The position numbers were made by a program, and so were the translations under genes. Positions 28,070-39,215 of a stretch of DNA of 64,000 nucleotides are shown piece after piece. The notes beneath the pieces were generated by a model. That model was not told where the DNA came from. It ran no database searches and was given only the letters and a program-made list of their open reading frames with translations. Numbering within the stretch: position 1 is the stretch's first letter; every line of letters starts with the position of its first letter. The DNA comes from Nitrososphaera sp. Lineage in GTDB: Archaea > Thermoproteota > Nitrososphaeria > Nitrososphaerales > Nitrososphaeraceae. The stretch spans positions 9,997 through 73,996 of the forward strand of contig DATCWI010000086.1 of the NCBI GenBank assembly GCA_036566425.1, given 5' to 3'.

Positions 28070-28441
28070 CTATGTTAATAAATTGTGGAAACAGGATCTA
28101 TTGCCCGTATGGCACGCTGGCTTATCTGAATTCACAATATACAAGATAGAATCTGAGTCACAGTCTACTAATATTTTTGACACTGGCTGGACATTGCCAG
28201 ATTCCTCACCTTTCATCCACAATTTGTTGCGTGAAGTGCTCCAGAACCACGCATTTCCTGTCTTGATGGTGTTGGCAAGGGCTTCCTTATTGGCATACGC
28301 TAGCATCAGAATGTCCTTAGTTTTTTTATCCTGTACCACCACAGGCAGAAAACCATTGCGCTTCTCAAAATCAATGTCACTGAGTGATTTGGCGTTCATG
28401 TCCGTTTGATAATGAGCAGCGACGGAAATAAATCTAGCCAT
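28070..28441 (-). CDS. hisI: Phosphoribosyl-AMP cyclohydrolase
   Basis: 'WSTSRNKLWMKGEESGN', 'DCDSD', 'ACHTGNRSCF'. Confidence 0.95.
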   Translation of the reverse strand: MARFISVAAHYQTDMNAKSLSDIDFEKRNGFLPVVVQDKKTKDILMLAYANKEALANTIKTGNAWFWSTSRNKLWMKGEESGNVQPVSKILVDCDSDSILYIVNSDKPACHTGNRSCFHNLLT

Positions 28442-28729
28442 TTAAGATTCAATAACAAGCGAATCCTCTCCTGCCCAAAGAGAGAGTAGGCACCGCTGCA
28501 TGCCCGATAATTGAACAGAACAAGGCAGTGTTAGTTGCTACTATTTTGGATTGGCAAATCGCTGTTACATAGGAGAGATGTCTGATGTCTTGTAGTTGAT
28601 TACTTTGCATATGATATCCTAAGTGTTTTTAATATACTGAAAAAATTACGATACTCTTTGTTATGTGTATTCTTTTCCCGAGCATGCAGTACAGACAGAG
28701 ATATATTCCCCTTGTGTCAACATGCTGTC

Positions 28730-28835
28730 AGCGAGGTGGGGAAGCCAGGTTATCCCGGCGGGCTCATAACCCGCAGAGCGGTTTCCGCTTTTGCAAAATT
28801 GCAGGTGGCCGTAAGTTCAAATCAACCCCTCGCTA
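28730..28835 (+). tRNA. Initiator tRNA-Met (CAT) with a 31-nt non-canonical intron in the T-stem (about position 52/53)
   Basis: Acceptor AGCGAGG/CCTCGCT (A1:U72). Anticodon stem GCGGG/CCCGC with CAT at 28765-28767. Removing 28784-28814 restores T-arm GGTTG-TTCAAAT-CAACC. BHB-like helix GCGG/CCGT with 3-nt bulges gives exactly these junctions. Confidence 0.9.
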
Positions 28836-30139
28836 CTACTTTTTTCAAAGAGGACTTTTGTCTTTTCAATGCCGTACCTCTGTAGCGGCTTTGTCAAATG
28901 CCTGTGTGCTTTTGGTGTTGGAATGTATAACCCTGTTTTGATTGTACGCTCATGTGATATCAGAATCTTTTTTGTATTGCGGTCTTTGTGTTTGCACCTG
29001 TCGCATTGATGACCTTTATTTTTGCCTTCTGACTTCATACGCTTGCCACATATTCTGCAAAGTGGGTTCAATATTTCATAAACGGGCGTAAGCTTGACCA
29101 CACACAAATACTCCACATTTAGAATTTTAGGGTGCTTGGTAGTTCCCTTTCTGACCCCGACACCAATTTCAATGACATCTCCTTCTTCAAGCCCCGTTGC
29201 TACCTTTGCGAGTCCTGTTGGTTCATAGACCGCTGCAGGCATTTCGGCGCCATTCTGCTTGACCGTAAAAATGACATGACCACCTTCAATTGCACATGGC
29301 TTGCTGCTAACCTTGCACCTTACATATCCGGCTGTGTATGCCCTGACAGTGGCAATTCTGATTTCATTTTGTAGGTGCATGTTTGTTCCTTGATTTGATC
29401 GAAAAACAGTCCACCCGTCTAGTTCTTCCTTTGGATGCAACACAGGGATCGCCGACTCCAATATATCGGGGCTCTCTCCCCTTATGCCAAAGAAGACTGG
29501 GTCTGGACTATGTGGTGCAATCAAAATACGCCCCTGGTTTGGGTCATAATTGTTGAAAGTGTGAGGATAGGTGTCTCTGCTAAACTTGATGACACTCTGC
29601 TTATCTACTATACGCAGGCTGCCCCAGTTTTTCTGCTTTCTGTACGCAATTAACTCAAAAGTATGATCGCCATCAAGCAGACAACCCATAGCCCCAAGAG
29701 AGCCAACAAGCCCTTGCCCGTTGCCAAAGGTAAAGTATTGAACCCCTGTGGCTTTGGCCACCTTTTCTGACATCTGTCTACTTATTATATCGCACATTGC
29801 AAGGGCGCTAAACTCTCGAAGCTTAACAGGCACCCTGTCTCTTTCAAGGAATGCGATTGCGGGGTTAGCTCCGCTGCCTATGGCGGAGCCTTCTTCCACT
29901 ACTTGTCTTATATAGCCGATGATTTTCTCTGTATCCTGCACTTTTAACCGCAAGCAAACTGCACCATTTCCTCTAGTCTTCCAAGGGATATTGGGATTAA
30001 GCCTAATCAATAATGGAAAGTCGACAAGCTGTGCTAGTTGCTTCTTCTTTAGATGTTCTACTATCTTAAATGCAAGGTGAGTTGTGCACCTACCCCCACG
30101 CGAGTCCGTGTCATCGAATGCAACTTGGAGCATGTGCAT
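28817..30139 (-). CDS. tiaS: tRNA(Ile2) agmatinylcytidine synthase
   Basis: 'DDTDS..GRCTTH', 'RLNPNIPWKTRGNGAV', 'PHSPDPV.FGIRGE', 'SNQGTNMH', OB fold and Zn ribbon. Confidence 0.95.
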   Translation of the reverse strand: MHMLQVAFDDTDSRGGRCTTHLAFKIVEHLKKKQLAQLVDFPLLIRLNPNIPWKTRGNGAVCLRLKVQDTEKIIGYIRQVVEEGSAIGSGANPAIAFLERDRVPVKLREFSALAMCDIISRQMSEKVAKATGVQYFTFGNGQGLVGSLGAMGCLLDGDHTFELIAYRKQKNWGSLRIVDKQSVIKFSRDTYPHTFNNYDPNQGRILIAPHSPDPVFFGIRGESPDILESAIPVLHPKEELDGWTVFRSNQGTNMHLQNEIRIATVRAYTAGYVRCKVSSKPCAIEGGHVIFTVKQNGAEMPAAVYEPTGLAKVATGLEEGDVIEIGVGVRKGTTKHPKILNVEYLCVVKLTPVYEILNPLCRICGKRMKSEGKNKGHQCDRCKHKDRNTKKILISHERTIKTGLYIPTPKAHRHLTKPLQRYGIEKTKVLFEKSSSEGLI

Positions 30140-30347
30140 GATATTGCTATCGATGCAATAGCTATATAGTCGTATAATTCAAGGATTACAACTTTTATTC
30201 ATAATCTGTAAGTTTGATAACCTCTGCTGTATAAACCAATTACCTGTCTATGGGAAGAAGTCTAAAGTTTGATACACTCAGGCTAACTGAGAAACCAAGT
30301 TCATTGCTTGATTCTCTAATTCAAGAACGTTTATAGCTTTCCTCCTT

Positions 30348-30746
30348 GTGGAACTAATTGGGATGGCGGAGGAAGAAGAGGAAAAAGAAAAAGAAGAGGT
30401 TAAAACAACAACGCCTGAAGAAGCTGCCAAAAAAGCAGCAGAGATAGTAATAAAGCAGCTTGAGAAAGAAATTGGCGGCAGACCTATTCCCGATGAATTG
30501 AGGGAGAAGCATCTTGGATACAGAAACATCAAACATGTAAAGAGGTTTATAGAACAAAAGCGTGAATACTATGCAAAGTTATTCCTGACACAATGTAAGC
30601 GTGATCTGAAACTTGAGATGATGGAAAAGGGTATAATACCAAGACCATCTAAACTATCTTTAGAACAAGGAGAATCAAAAAAAGCAGGTGCGGCAGACTA
30701 CTACAATATCGATGAATCAACACTCGTGCACTTATCAAAGAACTAA
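30348..30746 (+). CDS. Hypothetical protein
   Basis: Charged 132-aa ORF; no recognised motif. Confidence 0.55.
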   Translation: MELIGMAEEEEEKEKEEVKTTTPEEAAKKAAEIVIKQLEKEIGGRPIPDELREKHLGYRNIKHVKRFIEQKREYYAKLFLTQCKRDLKLEMMEKGIIPRPSKLSLEQGESKKAGAADYYNIDESTLVHLSKN

Positions 30747-30987
30747 ATATATTACCGAAAATCGTGAGCAGGATGGATAAAAGATCTAGATTCTGCGCTA
30801 GGGGAGAGGAAAATCTATAACGCGCCACTACTACAGTTCTGAGAAAAAGCCTGTGACCAATTATAGTTCACCGTTGGTAGTACTGCGCTAATACCCTCTC
30901 TCCTGCACATAATAGAATTATATCGCTGTTATAAAAAAGGCGTAGTGTTTAAATAGTTTCAGAATGGATTGTTGATGAGTGAATTAG

Positions 30988-31281
30988 ATGCCAGTCGCAA
31001 TACTTCCTGATATTAGCGAACAACACTGCATCGGCTGTGCGCTCTGTGTAGAGATTTGCACTTCCCTCGGTCCAGATGTGCTCAGAGTAAAACCAGTCGA
31101 AGGATGGAAGAGAGGTAAAGCCTTCGTGTTCTATCCAGAAAGATGCATCTCTGACGGAGCATGTATTGGAGTTTGCCCTACTAAGGCAATATTCTGGATG
31201 AGGCCGATGGATTACACGCCCGGACAACCAATCCCACTGAAGAAGTCAGGCCTATTCACAAAGGGCTGGGAAGAAGGTTAG
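30988..31281 (+). CDS. 4Fe-4S dicluster ferredoxin
   Basis: 'CIGCALCVEIC' and 'CISDGACIGVCP'; followed by a T-rich tract. Confidence 0.93.
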   Translation: MPVAILPDISEQHCIGCALCVEICTSLGPDVLRVKPVEGWKRGKAFVFYPERCISDGACIGVCPTKAIFWMRPMDYTPGQPIPLKKSGLFTKGWEEG

Positions 31282-31682
31282 TCCCTTCGACAAACTTCTT
31301 TTTTTAATTTTTATTCTTTTCATTTAATATCATAGTTAAACGGGTTATTCTTTTATATTACAGAATTGTCCACTCTGACTTGCTACTTTAGGCCTTGAAT
31401 TAGATCAATTAAGCTGTTTATTTCCTATGTAATCTATCGTTGTCCTAGCACATTGTTCTCTTCTCTATTAACATTTCACGAATGCACTATTCTTCCTTTG
31501 AGATTAGATAAAAAAGGGAGAACTAGAAGATGAAGGGAGCATCACATGATTTGAACATCGAAACCCACGTCTATGCCTTTTACCCGGGAAAAATGCATAG
31601 TGATAACAGCAGCTTATGATTGAAGGAGGTCTTACCTTTTGTTTTTTACTTTTATTTTTACTTAAATGCGTGAAAGCAATTT

Positions 31683-32603
31683 CTAAAGATGCGTCCTTAG
31701 AAATCCAATTGTCTTTTGCCAAGCATCAGCTGTCTCTTTTGAAGCATAATTGTCGCCTGAAGGATTTGCAAATGCGTGTCCTACATTCTCATATAGATAA
31801 ATCTCATTTGTAATACTTGATGCATTTAATGCTGATGCAAATTGTTTTACTGATTCAACTGGAATCGCTTGATCTTGGTCACCGAAAATACCAAGTATCG
31901 GCCAACTGATACTAGAAAGTGAAGCTGTGTCTGTTACAGGGCGCCCATAATAAACGATAGTAGCAGCCAGAGGATTCTCGGAGCTATTTAGTGCAAGCTG
32001 TAGGGACCAATCCCCACCAAAACACCATCCTAAAGAAGCTACCTTACTATCGTCTACAATTTCAAGTGATTTAAGATAACTCACTGCAGATTGCAAGTTG
32101 TCTATTGCAGAAGCAGAATTGCTTCTAACTGAAGATGCCAACTCCCTTGCACGGTCAGAGTCAATCGCAACCTCACCCCTATACAAGTCAACTGCCAGTA
32201 CTGCATATCCTTCATTTGCTAAAAGATCTGCTTGACTCTTTATGTGTTCATTTAGCCCAAACCATTCATGTATCATGATTACTGCGGGTAGTCGTTCTTG
32301 CTGTTGAGCATTGTTGCTTGGTTCAGGGTAGACAAGATATCCTGTTGTGTTATCATAATAGGCGACAGAACTATTGTGTAATCTTGTTGACACCTCTTGA
32401 GTGTTGTTATTGCTGTATATGTTATAACTGTAAATTATAGTATTATTACTCAAGGTGTTATTTCCACCAACTTCTGTCGATACCTCTGTTTGTGCAAAAG
32501 CGGATTCAAATGTTATAGATGATAAGAGGAATGATGCCGTAGTCATTTCTAACGTCAAAAAGGCAATTAACGGTAAATTCAAGAGCAACGAAATACCGTT
32601 CAT
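31683..32603 (-). CDS. Secreted dienelactone hydrolase family protein
   Basis: Signal peptide; 'HEWFGL', 'GWCFGG', 'GHAFAN'. Confidence 0.9.
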   Translation of the reverse strand: MNGISLLLNLPLIAFLTLEMTTASFLLSSITFESAFAQTEVSTEVGGNNTLSNNTIIYSYNIYSNNNTQEVSTRLHNSSVAYYDNTTGYLVYPEPSNNAQQQERLPAVIMIHEWFGLNEHIKSQADLLANEGYAVLAVDLYRGEVAIDSDRARELASSVRSNSASAIDNLQSAVSYLKSLEIVDDSKVASLGWCFGGDWSLQLALNSSENPLAATIVYYGRPVTDTASLSSISWPILGIFGDQDQAIPVESVKQFASALNASSITNEIYLYENVGHAFANPSGDNYASKETADAWQKTIGFLRTHL

Positions 32604-33037
32604 GCAACCTCTGAGTGAAAATATGCTTTAATCCTTTTGTCTTTCTGTTAGAGAATAATATTACTACGATGCTGAATTTTTGTCGAAATAAAAAGAAAAT
32701 ATAATGTATATACGTCTAGACGTGGCAGCAAAATTACTCGATTCATAATTGGTGAAGACAGATACGAAGAGTACTTCTGCTACAAAGGCTTCATTAGCAA
32801 TGCTCGCTAACACAACAAGGGACAAGAACTCCAAAGAAAGGAAAAATCGCTAATAGAAACCTATAAGAAATTAATTGCGAGGACAATAATTATAATATTG
32901 TTGCACTTTTATTTCATCATTAATACACTGCTCTCTTATGCACCAGTGAATCCTAAAAGAAGACCAACGAAAGGTACTCTGCTCTTCAAGAAAAATCAAA
33001 ACTCGAACGGAAACAAAACCTTGCTTTTATTTGATCC

Positions 33038-33187
33038 CTACTCTAACTGTTGGCTTCGAGAACTTATCTCTTCAAAGCAAGTATGACAAAGCATTGCACT
33101 ATTGTATCGATAGATTTTCTTTTTGTCATGATTTAGAAATGAAAACTTTGATAATTCTCTTAAGCAATTGTCACAGTATTTTTTCAT
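33038..33187 (-). CDS. Small CxxC..CxxC zinc-finger protein (49 aa; not in ORF track)
   Basis: Hand translation: MKKYCDNCLRELSKFSFLNHDKKKIYRYNSAMLCHTCFEEISSRSQQLE. Confidence 0.6.
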   Translation of the reverse strand: MKKYCDNCLRELSKFSFLNHDKKKIYRYNSAMLCHTCFEEISSRSQQLE

Positions 33188-34860
33188 CGTGAGGAGGTAA
33201 AAACTTAAAATGATATTTAACTCCTATGGAGTTATGCTCAGTACTTGCAGTTATTTACTTGTATTATATTAAAACTTTCTTAATGATTTTTCAATTAGGG
33301 AATTTGAGAAAGGCTTCAATAAGTAGGTTCTGCAATAAGCAACAGAATTAAAGTCTATTGCTTAGGCTATTTTTCTTTGATTTTGTTACAGCGAGAAAAT
33401 TATCACTAAAGGAGGCAAAGGGAGAATTAGATAAGCATACTTTGAAAAGTTCAAGAAGTCATACAGCATCGCATGATAGCATAAAATGACACCGTGACTC
33501 ACAAGCAATTATTTTTCATTTCAAAGCACTCATAGAGAGATGTGAGGCTACATCTGAGAAGAACAATATTTAGAGATATTATCCTAGTTTAGACCTTTTC
33601 TTGTTGCGCGAAGTCTATTCTACAGAAGCTGATACCGAAAATGTAATTGTACTCGCTAGAGATCTCGACGAGAGTAACAGCATGATTTTATTTTGGCCAT
33701 TATATATTGAAGTCTGCTAGGTATTCAAAACCAGGAATCATAAAAATGAAGGGCTTGCAGTTGCCATGCATTATAAGATTCTTTATGCAAAGGTCTCTGG
33801 TGAAATCAGTGTCACTTTTTCAATCATCGCATGCCCACTTAAACTCTTATGATCGTCAATATCGCTGTGAAAAACAAATACCTTATGACATTCGTGACAA
33901 ATCCATACTGCTTTTAGATCATCAGGGTGCATGTATGTAATCTTCTCCAAGATGCAATTGCGTTGTTAATTTACGAATTGATCAATTATGTTCATAGTTT
34001 TAGTTCAAATATGTTTCACTCTGATTCGTAAAAAAAGTTATTGCTGTCTTTTTGTGGTGCAATCCGTGGAAATGTCTCTGCCCTCCGTATCTTTCATTTG
34101 ATATAGATATAGTAGGTGTTGACACTTATGCAATTAGGGAGCATTAAAAAAATCTGGATAGCAGAAAATTTTGACACAATTGAAATGGAGCAACTATACA
34201 AGAATTTCTACGATATAAGGACATTGATACAAATACTATCTTGCTATATTCGAAATTGATAGCAAGGGGCAATAGTCTATTGGCAAGAAGCACAATGGAA
34301 ATGCCAGAGTAGATCGCTAGAGGCATGGCCAAGAAGACCAGCAGTTGAATCATGTTGAATCAATTCACCCTCCCATTGTCCAAAGTTATCAAAAAAAGAA
34401 GTAAAAAACACAGATATCTTTTACTGTACTTCTGTACTGCTGACTGCTTGTGCTTTTTGGTTCCTGTAAATACGGTAGAATGAAGGATGAGCCAAGAGAA
34501 TATAATGAATCTGTAGAAATTTTTGGATCAATGCAGTCGCTTGACTCTATGATAGAAAAAATAAAACTACAAAATCTAATCACCCTTGTCTCTGCAAGAG
34601 CAGATATCAGAAACCCTCTCATCTTTAGACAGAGCGATTAATTGCTCACATGCAAACAATTTCTCTAAGTGCCATAGCTGTAGTTGCAAGTCTCTCCTGT
34701 AAATGTATACACTGCAGCAGGAAGGCCCTTTTAGGAAATTAGTGTCCTTTAGTCATACGCCAAAGTTGTGGCGAAAATCGTATGCCTGTAATATCTTACT
34801 GAAAAAACATACGAAGGAATATAACTAGAGTACTTTAGCGAAATTTATATAAGCGATTTT

Positions 34861-35637
34861 ATGTTTGTCGTTACAATGACAGATCAGTTTGCTTTTTTAG
34901 GAGATAAGCGCAAGGCATCAATTGCTGCCATGAGCTTGGCTGTTCTCTTATTGTTGCCTGCTAGTCTTGGATTTGGTGGAACAATCATACAAGAAGCCTT
35001 TGGACAGTTCAATCTTCCCCTTTTGGAAGAAGATACCGAGGAAGCGGAAGAAGAAGATGGAGATTTAGTTGTTGAGGAAGAGGAGACACCTCCAGCTACT
35101 ACCACAACACCTCCAGCTACTACCACAACGGAGATACCTGATCCCGCGACCTATGTGCTTGCACCAGTAAACACTGATCCCTTGCGAGGATTCATAGGCA
35201 CTACTCTACCTACCCCTGGCACTGGTGGGAATGCTGTCACGCCAGCTGATGGTAATGGTTATATTGTGACTGGGCGATCTAGGGTATTTGCAAATGATAG
35301 TGGAATTGAAAGTTTTTTTACAGAAATGTATCTATCCGCAATTGATGGATCATCATTTCATAATGTTACCATTAGGGAGGGCGATCCTCATCGTTTTGAA
35401 GCGACAGCGGGTAATGAGACTAATGCAGTTAGCTCAAGTATAACAGGCAACATCTTCCTCAACAATAGTCCTGCCCCCGTCATAGAGGATGTTCCCATGA
35501 CACTAACGGTTAGAGGCCAAACTTTGGCTCTAGAAGACATTGATATTGATGAAACTACGATAACAGATCCAGGACAACTAGAGATCATAAGTATAATTGA
35601 CGGACAATCGATTTATGGGACCTTTCCTAGAGCGTAA
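34861..35637 (+). CDS. Secreted/surface hypothetical protein with acidic and Thr/Pro-rich linker
   Basis: Signal-peptide-like N-terminus; 21-bp tandem duplication at 35086-35127 (TPPATTT x2). Confidence 0.7.
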   Translation: MFVVTMTDQFAFLGDKRKASIAAMSLAVLLLLPASLGFGGTIIQEAFGQFNLPLLEEDTEEAEEEDGDLVVEEEETPPATTTTPPATTTTEIPDPATYVLAPVNTDPLRGFIGTTLPTPGTGGNAVTPADGNGYIVTGRSRVFANDSGIESFFTEMYLSAIDGSSFHNVTIREGDPHRFEATAGNETNAVSSSITGNIFLNNSPAPVIEDVPMTLTVRGQTLALEDIDIDETTITDPGQLEIISIIDGQSIYGTFPRA

Positions 35638-35672
35638 CGAGAGCAGAGACTTCTGATGGTGGGATAGATTAG

Positions 35673-35692
35673 CCCCTGTGTTAACGCAGGGG
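35673..35692. terminator. GC-rich hairpin CCCCTG-N8-CAGGGG downstream of the 34861-35637 gene
   Basis: Inverted repeat followed by an AT/T-rich tract. Confidence 0.35.
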
Positions 35693-36108
35693 TATTAATT
35701 TTTATAATAATTCTAATTATGCACTCATTCAAATTCTGGTCACTTGCATTTGTAATTAATCTGAAGAAAAGTAATACTGACCTAACTGACTACAAAAAAT
35801 TATTCAACTGTTTGTTATCAGCATCAATAATTATGCAAATTCTGTTGATGATGAAAGTTTCAATAACAATAGCAATGTGTGCGACCCGGTTCAGAGTGAG
35901 GAGAATATGATTATAGAGAAAGACCCACCTTTGTTGTGAATATGATACACAGCGAGAACTTTGCTTCTAGAGATGATCTCGTTAGCAGAACTTGGTTATA
36001 CTGTCCGTCTAGGATTTTGGTATTATTTTTTTCTCAGATATATACAGTATATTCAGAATATTCTCTCGCTACCCTTATATTCTATCTATTTCTTCTATTA
36101 GAATGTAG

Positions 36109-36354
36109 ATGGATGTTATTCTAAATCATAATGGGTGTATCATTTGTCAAAAAACTGGCCATCTAGAACCGCTATCAATAGGATGTCCCTTCTGCAACGG
36201 TACGGGTGAATATACTAAGGCTGCTGAGAGTTATATGAAATCCCATCCTTGTCAGTGCATCTACGAGGATAGAAGGAATTGCAGTTTGTGTGGCAAGAAA
36301 TGCCACCACGCCACGAACAATAAACCCAAATTAATGATTTCCCCGAGAGCCTAG
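36109..36354 (+). CDS. Small Cys-rich (multi-CxxC) protein
   Basis: CIIC, CPFCNGTG, CQC and CSLCGKKCHH motifs in 81 aa. Confidence 0.65.
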   Translation: MDVILNHNGCIICQKTGHLEPLSIGCPFCNGTGEYTKAAESYMKSHPCQCIYEDRRNCSLCGKKCHHATNNKPKLMISPRA

Positions 36355-37582
36355 AGCTTGCAATAGCCTGTCCTCGCTAAAGAAAATTATGTCACTTGAA
36401 ATCAAGGACATAAATGATAGATGTAGAACACTATGACTTCCAGTTTGGAACCGCTTTAGAAATAACGAAAATTCTGTTTGCGCCTTCTTGCATCTTGTTG
36501 AATCTTAATTGTGGATTACTCTTTATATCTTCATAATGTACATCCTTTTCCAATCCTTTTACCTCCCTTGAGCTGTAATTTGTCAAAACTGCAAGTACAT
36601 CTTTCCAAGTCACAGCAATACCTCTTTTGTTTTATGTAATTAGGCAAAGCATGAGAATTGCATTAACCGCACTTGCATGGAAATTCTATTGATTATCTGC
36701 AGAGTTGTTCGTCATGATCCCTCCGAGAAATTAATGGACATGCCATGGGCGATTGTTCTATCAGTAGTATTTTTTGATGTACTTGAGGTATGCTAAAATC
36801 TCATGTTTGATTCCCTTATTATTCTAATTGAACATATATCATGTAACGGTACGTGCAGAATTCATTTTAATTCATTAAAAATCCCTCTCATACATTAGCA
36901 TCAAGATATTGCATAATTCTTTCATCATGAATAATGAATCTCTAAAGCAATCTGATCTATTAACAGGTCTGTAGACATTAGACATATGCTCACCTTTTCT
37001 CGGTTTCTTGATGCTAGTTGATTATCAAGACTGTGATTACTCTCCAAAGAAGGTGCCACATAGTTGAAAGGCAGTTGCAATATGATAAAATAAAAACTGT
37101 ATCTCTGGACTCAAACATAAGAGTAGTCAAAAATGTTCAAAGGGCATTAGCAAACAACAAGATTTTGATAAAGCCTCAAAGAAATTGAAGAGACAAAGAA
37201 TAATATTTTTCATTAACTCCGCTTTCTCTGAGCGGTAGTAGTGCATATTTTGCACCAAGACAACAATAAAAATAATCTCCTATAATGTGAATAAAACAGA
37301 TCCTGGCAACACAATATGTGGAGCCCAAATCCATATAATTTCTTGATACTGCCAAGACCGTTACAGTAGCTACCACAATAACAACAGTGCTATCAATTTT
37401 AAAAATGTTCCAAGTATATAGCTGTAGAACTAAGAATTATTCTAGGTTGGTAACACGTTGCATAAAGAACCATAATACTGTTATAAAAATGGTATTGTCT
37501 TTCTTTCAAGAATTAATGGAAAAAAAGAAAAAAGAAAAAGTGAGTCTCTATAGACTTGGTCTATCCTCTATGTATTCGCGAT

Positions 37583-38593
37583 TTATCTGCAGAGTCCACC
37601 TGGATTGCTGGTTCCGCAGTTGTTGTTGCCTCCGAAGGTATTTTGGTTCACGTTTGAATTTCCATCAGCATTGCTCATATCATAATCCTCGTGGCCGAAC
37701 ACCGTGTTGTAGTCTACTATGTTTTCATTGCTCATTAGATCTAGGTATATGCCGTATTGTCCGTTGCCAAACATGTTGTTTGCAGCTATCACATTCTGGT
37801 CGGCACCTAGAAGGAGAAATCCTTGCTCCTTGTTAGCAACTGCCTGGTTAAAGGCTACAGCTCCTCCGGTACTTGAATCTAATATTGCCGCAATATCGTT
37901 ATTGGTAATAGTATTTCTGCTAAGTTCTGTTCCAGTTGAACCCTGCACTAAGGCACCTATTCCATTGTCTGCCAATTGCACATCTGTGAGTTGTCCGTCT
38001 GCGCTTCCCATGAATGTGACTCCTCTACTAAATCCAGATATTTCGCCAAGACCTGATATGATAACGCCATCCATATTTGCGACCAGTATTCCACTGCTAC
38101 CATCATAATCCATTGATGGACCTTGTGTACTAGCGTCATCGCTAGCAGTTATTTTATAGCCATTTAGGTTGATATGTGTCCCGGGTGCACCTGCAATAAG
38201 TCCATCTCCGTTACTACAATTCAGATCATTTGTTAACACCACTTCGCCAGTTACTATCTGTCCGCATGATACTAGACCGTTGCTGGAATCTAGACCTAGG
38301 CTTTGACTCGTAGCGCGGTTATCGTTGCTTGCTTCACTTTGGTCATTTGTGTTAGCTGCTGAATTAGTATCTTCTGCCTCTGAATCTTCTTCCTCAGTCT
38401 CTTCACTCATGTCGGTATCGTCTACATCGGCTGCATTATTATCATCTGTTGATGACTCTGTATTTGTTGTTGCCTCTGTCGTTTCTGTCGTTGTTGTTGT
38501 TGTTGCTTGCGCCATAGGAAATGTTGTTGCACTTAGCACTGCAAGTATGCTCACGGCTACTGCAGTGTAGAACGCTATGGATTTGGGCTCCAT
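37583..38593 (-). CDS. Secreted right-handed beta-helix (NosD/CASH-like) protein
   Basis: Start at ATG 38593 gives a signal peptide (MEPKSIAFYTAVAVSILAVL); acidic Thr-rich linker; 'SCGQIVT..VVLTNDLNC', 'INLNGY', N/G-rich parallel beta repeats. Confidence 0.8.
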   Translation of the reverse strand: MEPKSIAFYTAVAVSILAVLSATTFPMAQATTTTTTETTEATTNTESSTDDNNAADVDDTDMSEETEEEDSEAEDTNSAANTNDQSEASNDNRATSQSLGLDSSNGLVSCGQIVTGEVVLTNDLNCSNGDGLIAGAPGTHINLNGYKITASDDASTQGPSMDYDGSSGILVANMDGVIISGLGEISGFSRGVTFMGSADGQLTDVQLADNGIGALVQGSTGTELSRNTITNNDIAAILDSSTGGAVAFNQAVANKEQGFLLLGADQNVIAANNMFGNGQYGIYLDLMSNENIVDYNTVFGHEDYDMSNADGNSNVNQNTFGGNNNCGTSNPGGLCR

Positions 38594-38852
38594 TGAGAGG
38601 GAAACCCATGATAAACTATTTATAGAATGGGTAATGCCATACCCTGACTTTCTGCCAGTAATTTCGAATATATTTCTAGCACAGATCTCTGTATGCTGCC
38701 CCCTGTAATATTGTAAGTGTAAGATCTTTATATGTTCTGATAGCTGTGCGACTTCTATTATAAAGAAAAATTGACAAAATATCCGAATCTTTGACAGTAT
38801 GGAGGTTATCATTGTCCTAGGGAATGTCGTTCGGAAGTAGAGGAGAAAATCC

Positions 38853-39215
38853 ATGGCCAATAATCTTAGCGTTTCAAAGAACACTTCTAATCGAGATAGA
38901 ATTGATATCATCACATCTATTCTTGATGCCGCAAACGGAGGGGCAACTAGGAGAAGAATATTACTCCTATCCGGCCTTTCCAGCAATCAATTCAAAAGGT
39001 ACCTTTCTATGCTAATAGAGAATGATTATATCAGAATGGAAATTCAAGAGAGGAGTAAAGGAACTGCAATCTATAGAACTACAGACAAAGGGATTGCTCT
39101 GTTGCGCATATACCAACGTATCAGAGATCTATTGTCGCCAGATACTGCAACTAACAATTGGTTCGTTGATTATAAATCCAGCATACCTATGTGGCATAAC
39201 ATGCAGAATAGGTGA
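38853..39215 (+). CDS. Winged-helix regulator (HTH_45/DUF4364-like)
   Basis: 'RDRIDIITSILDAANGGATRRRILLLSGLS..YLSMLIEN..YRTTDKG'; paralog of 63339-63599. Confidence 0.85.
   Translation: MANNLSVSKNTSNRDRIDIITSILDAANGGATRRRILLLSGLSSNQFKRYLSMLIENDYIRMEIQERSKGTAIYRTTDKGIALLRIYQRIRDLLSPDTATNNWFVDYKSSIPMWHNMQNR

Noticed and set aside
28730-28835. tRNA-Ile2(CAT) as the TiaS substrate
   Set aside because: A1:U72 and consecutive G-C pairs in the anticodon stem indicate initiator Met.
35673-35692. IS200/IS605-type end hairpin
   Set aside because: Only a short hairpin with no tnpA/tnpB remnant or second end; a terminator-like role is simpler.
38594-38986. N-terminal 130 aa of the 467-aa track ORF
   Set aside because: Overlaps the opposite-strand wHTH gene; the ATG at 38593 gives a proper signal peptide.
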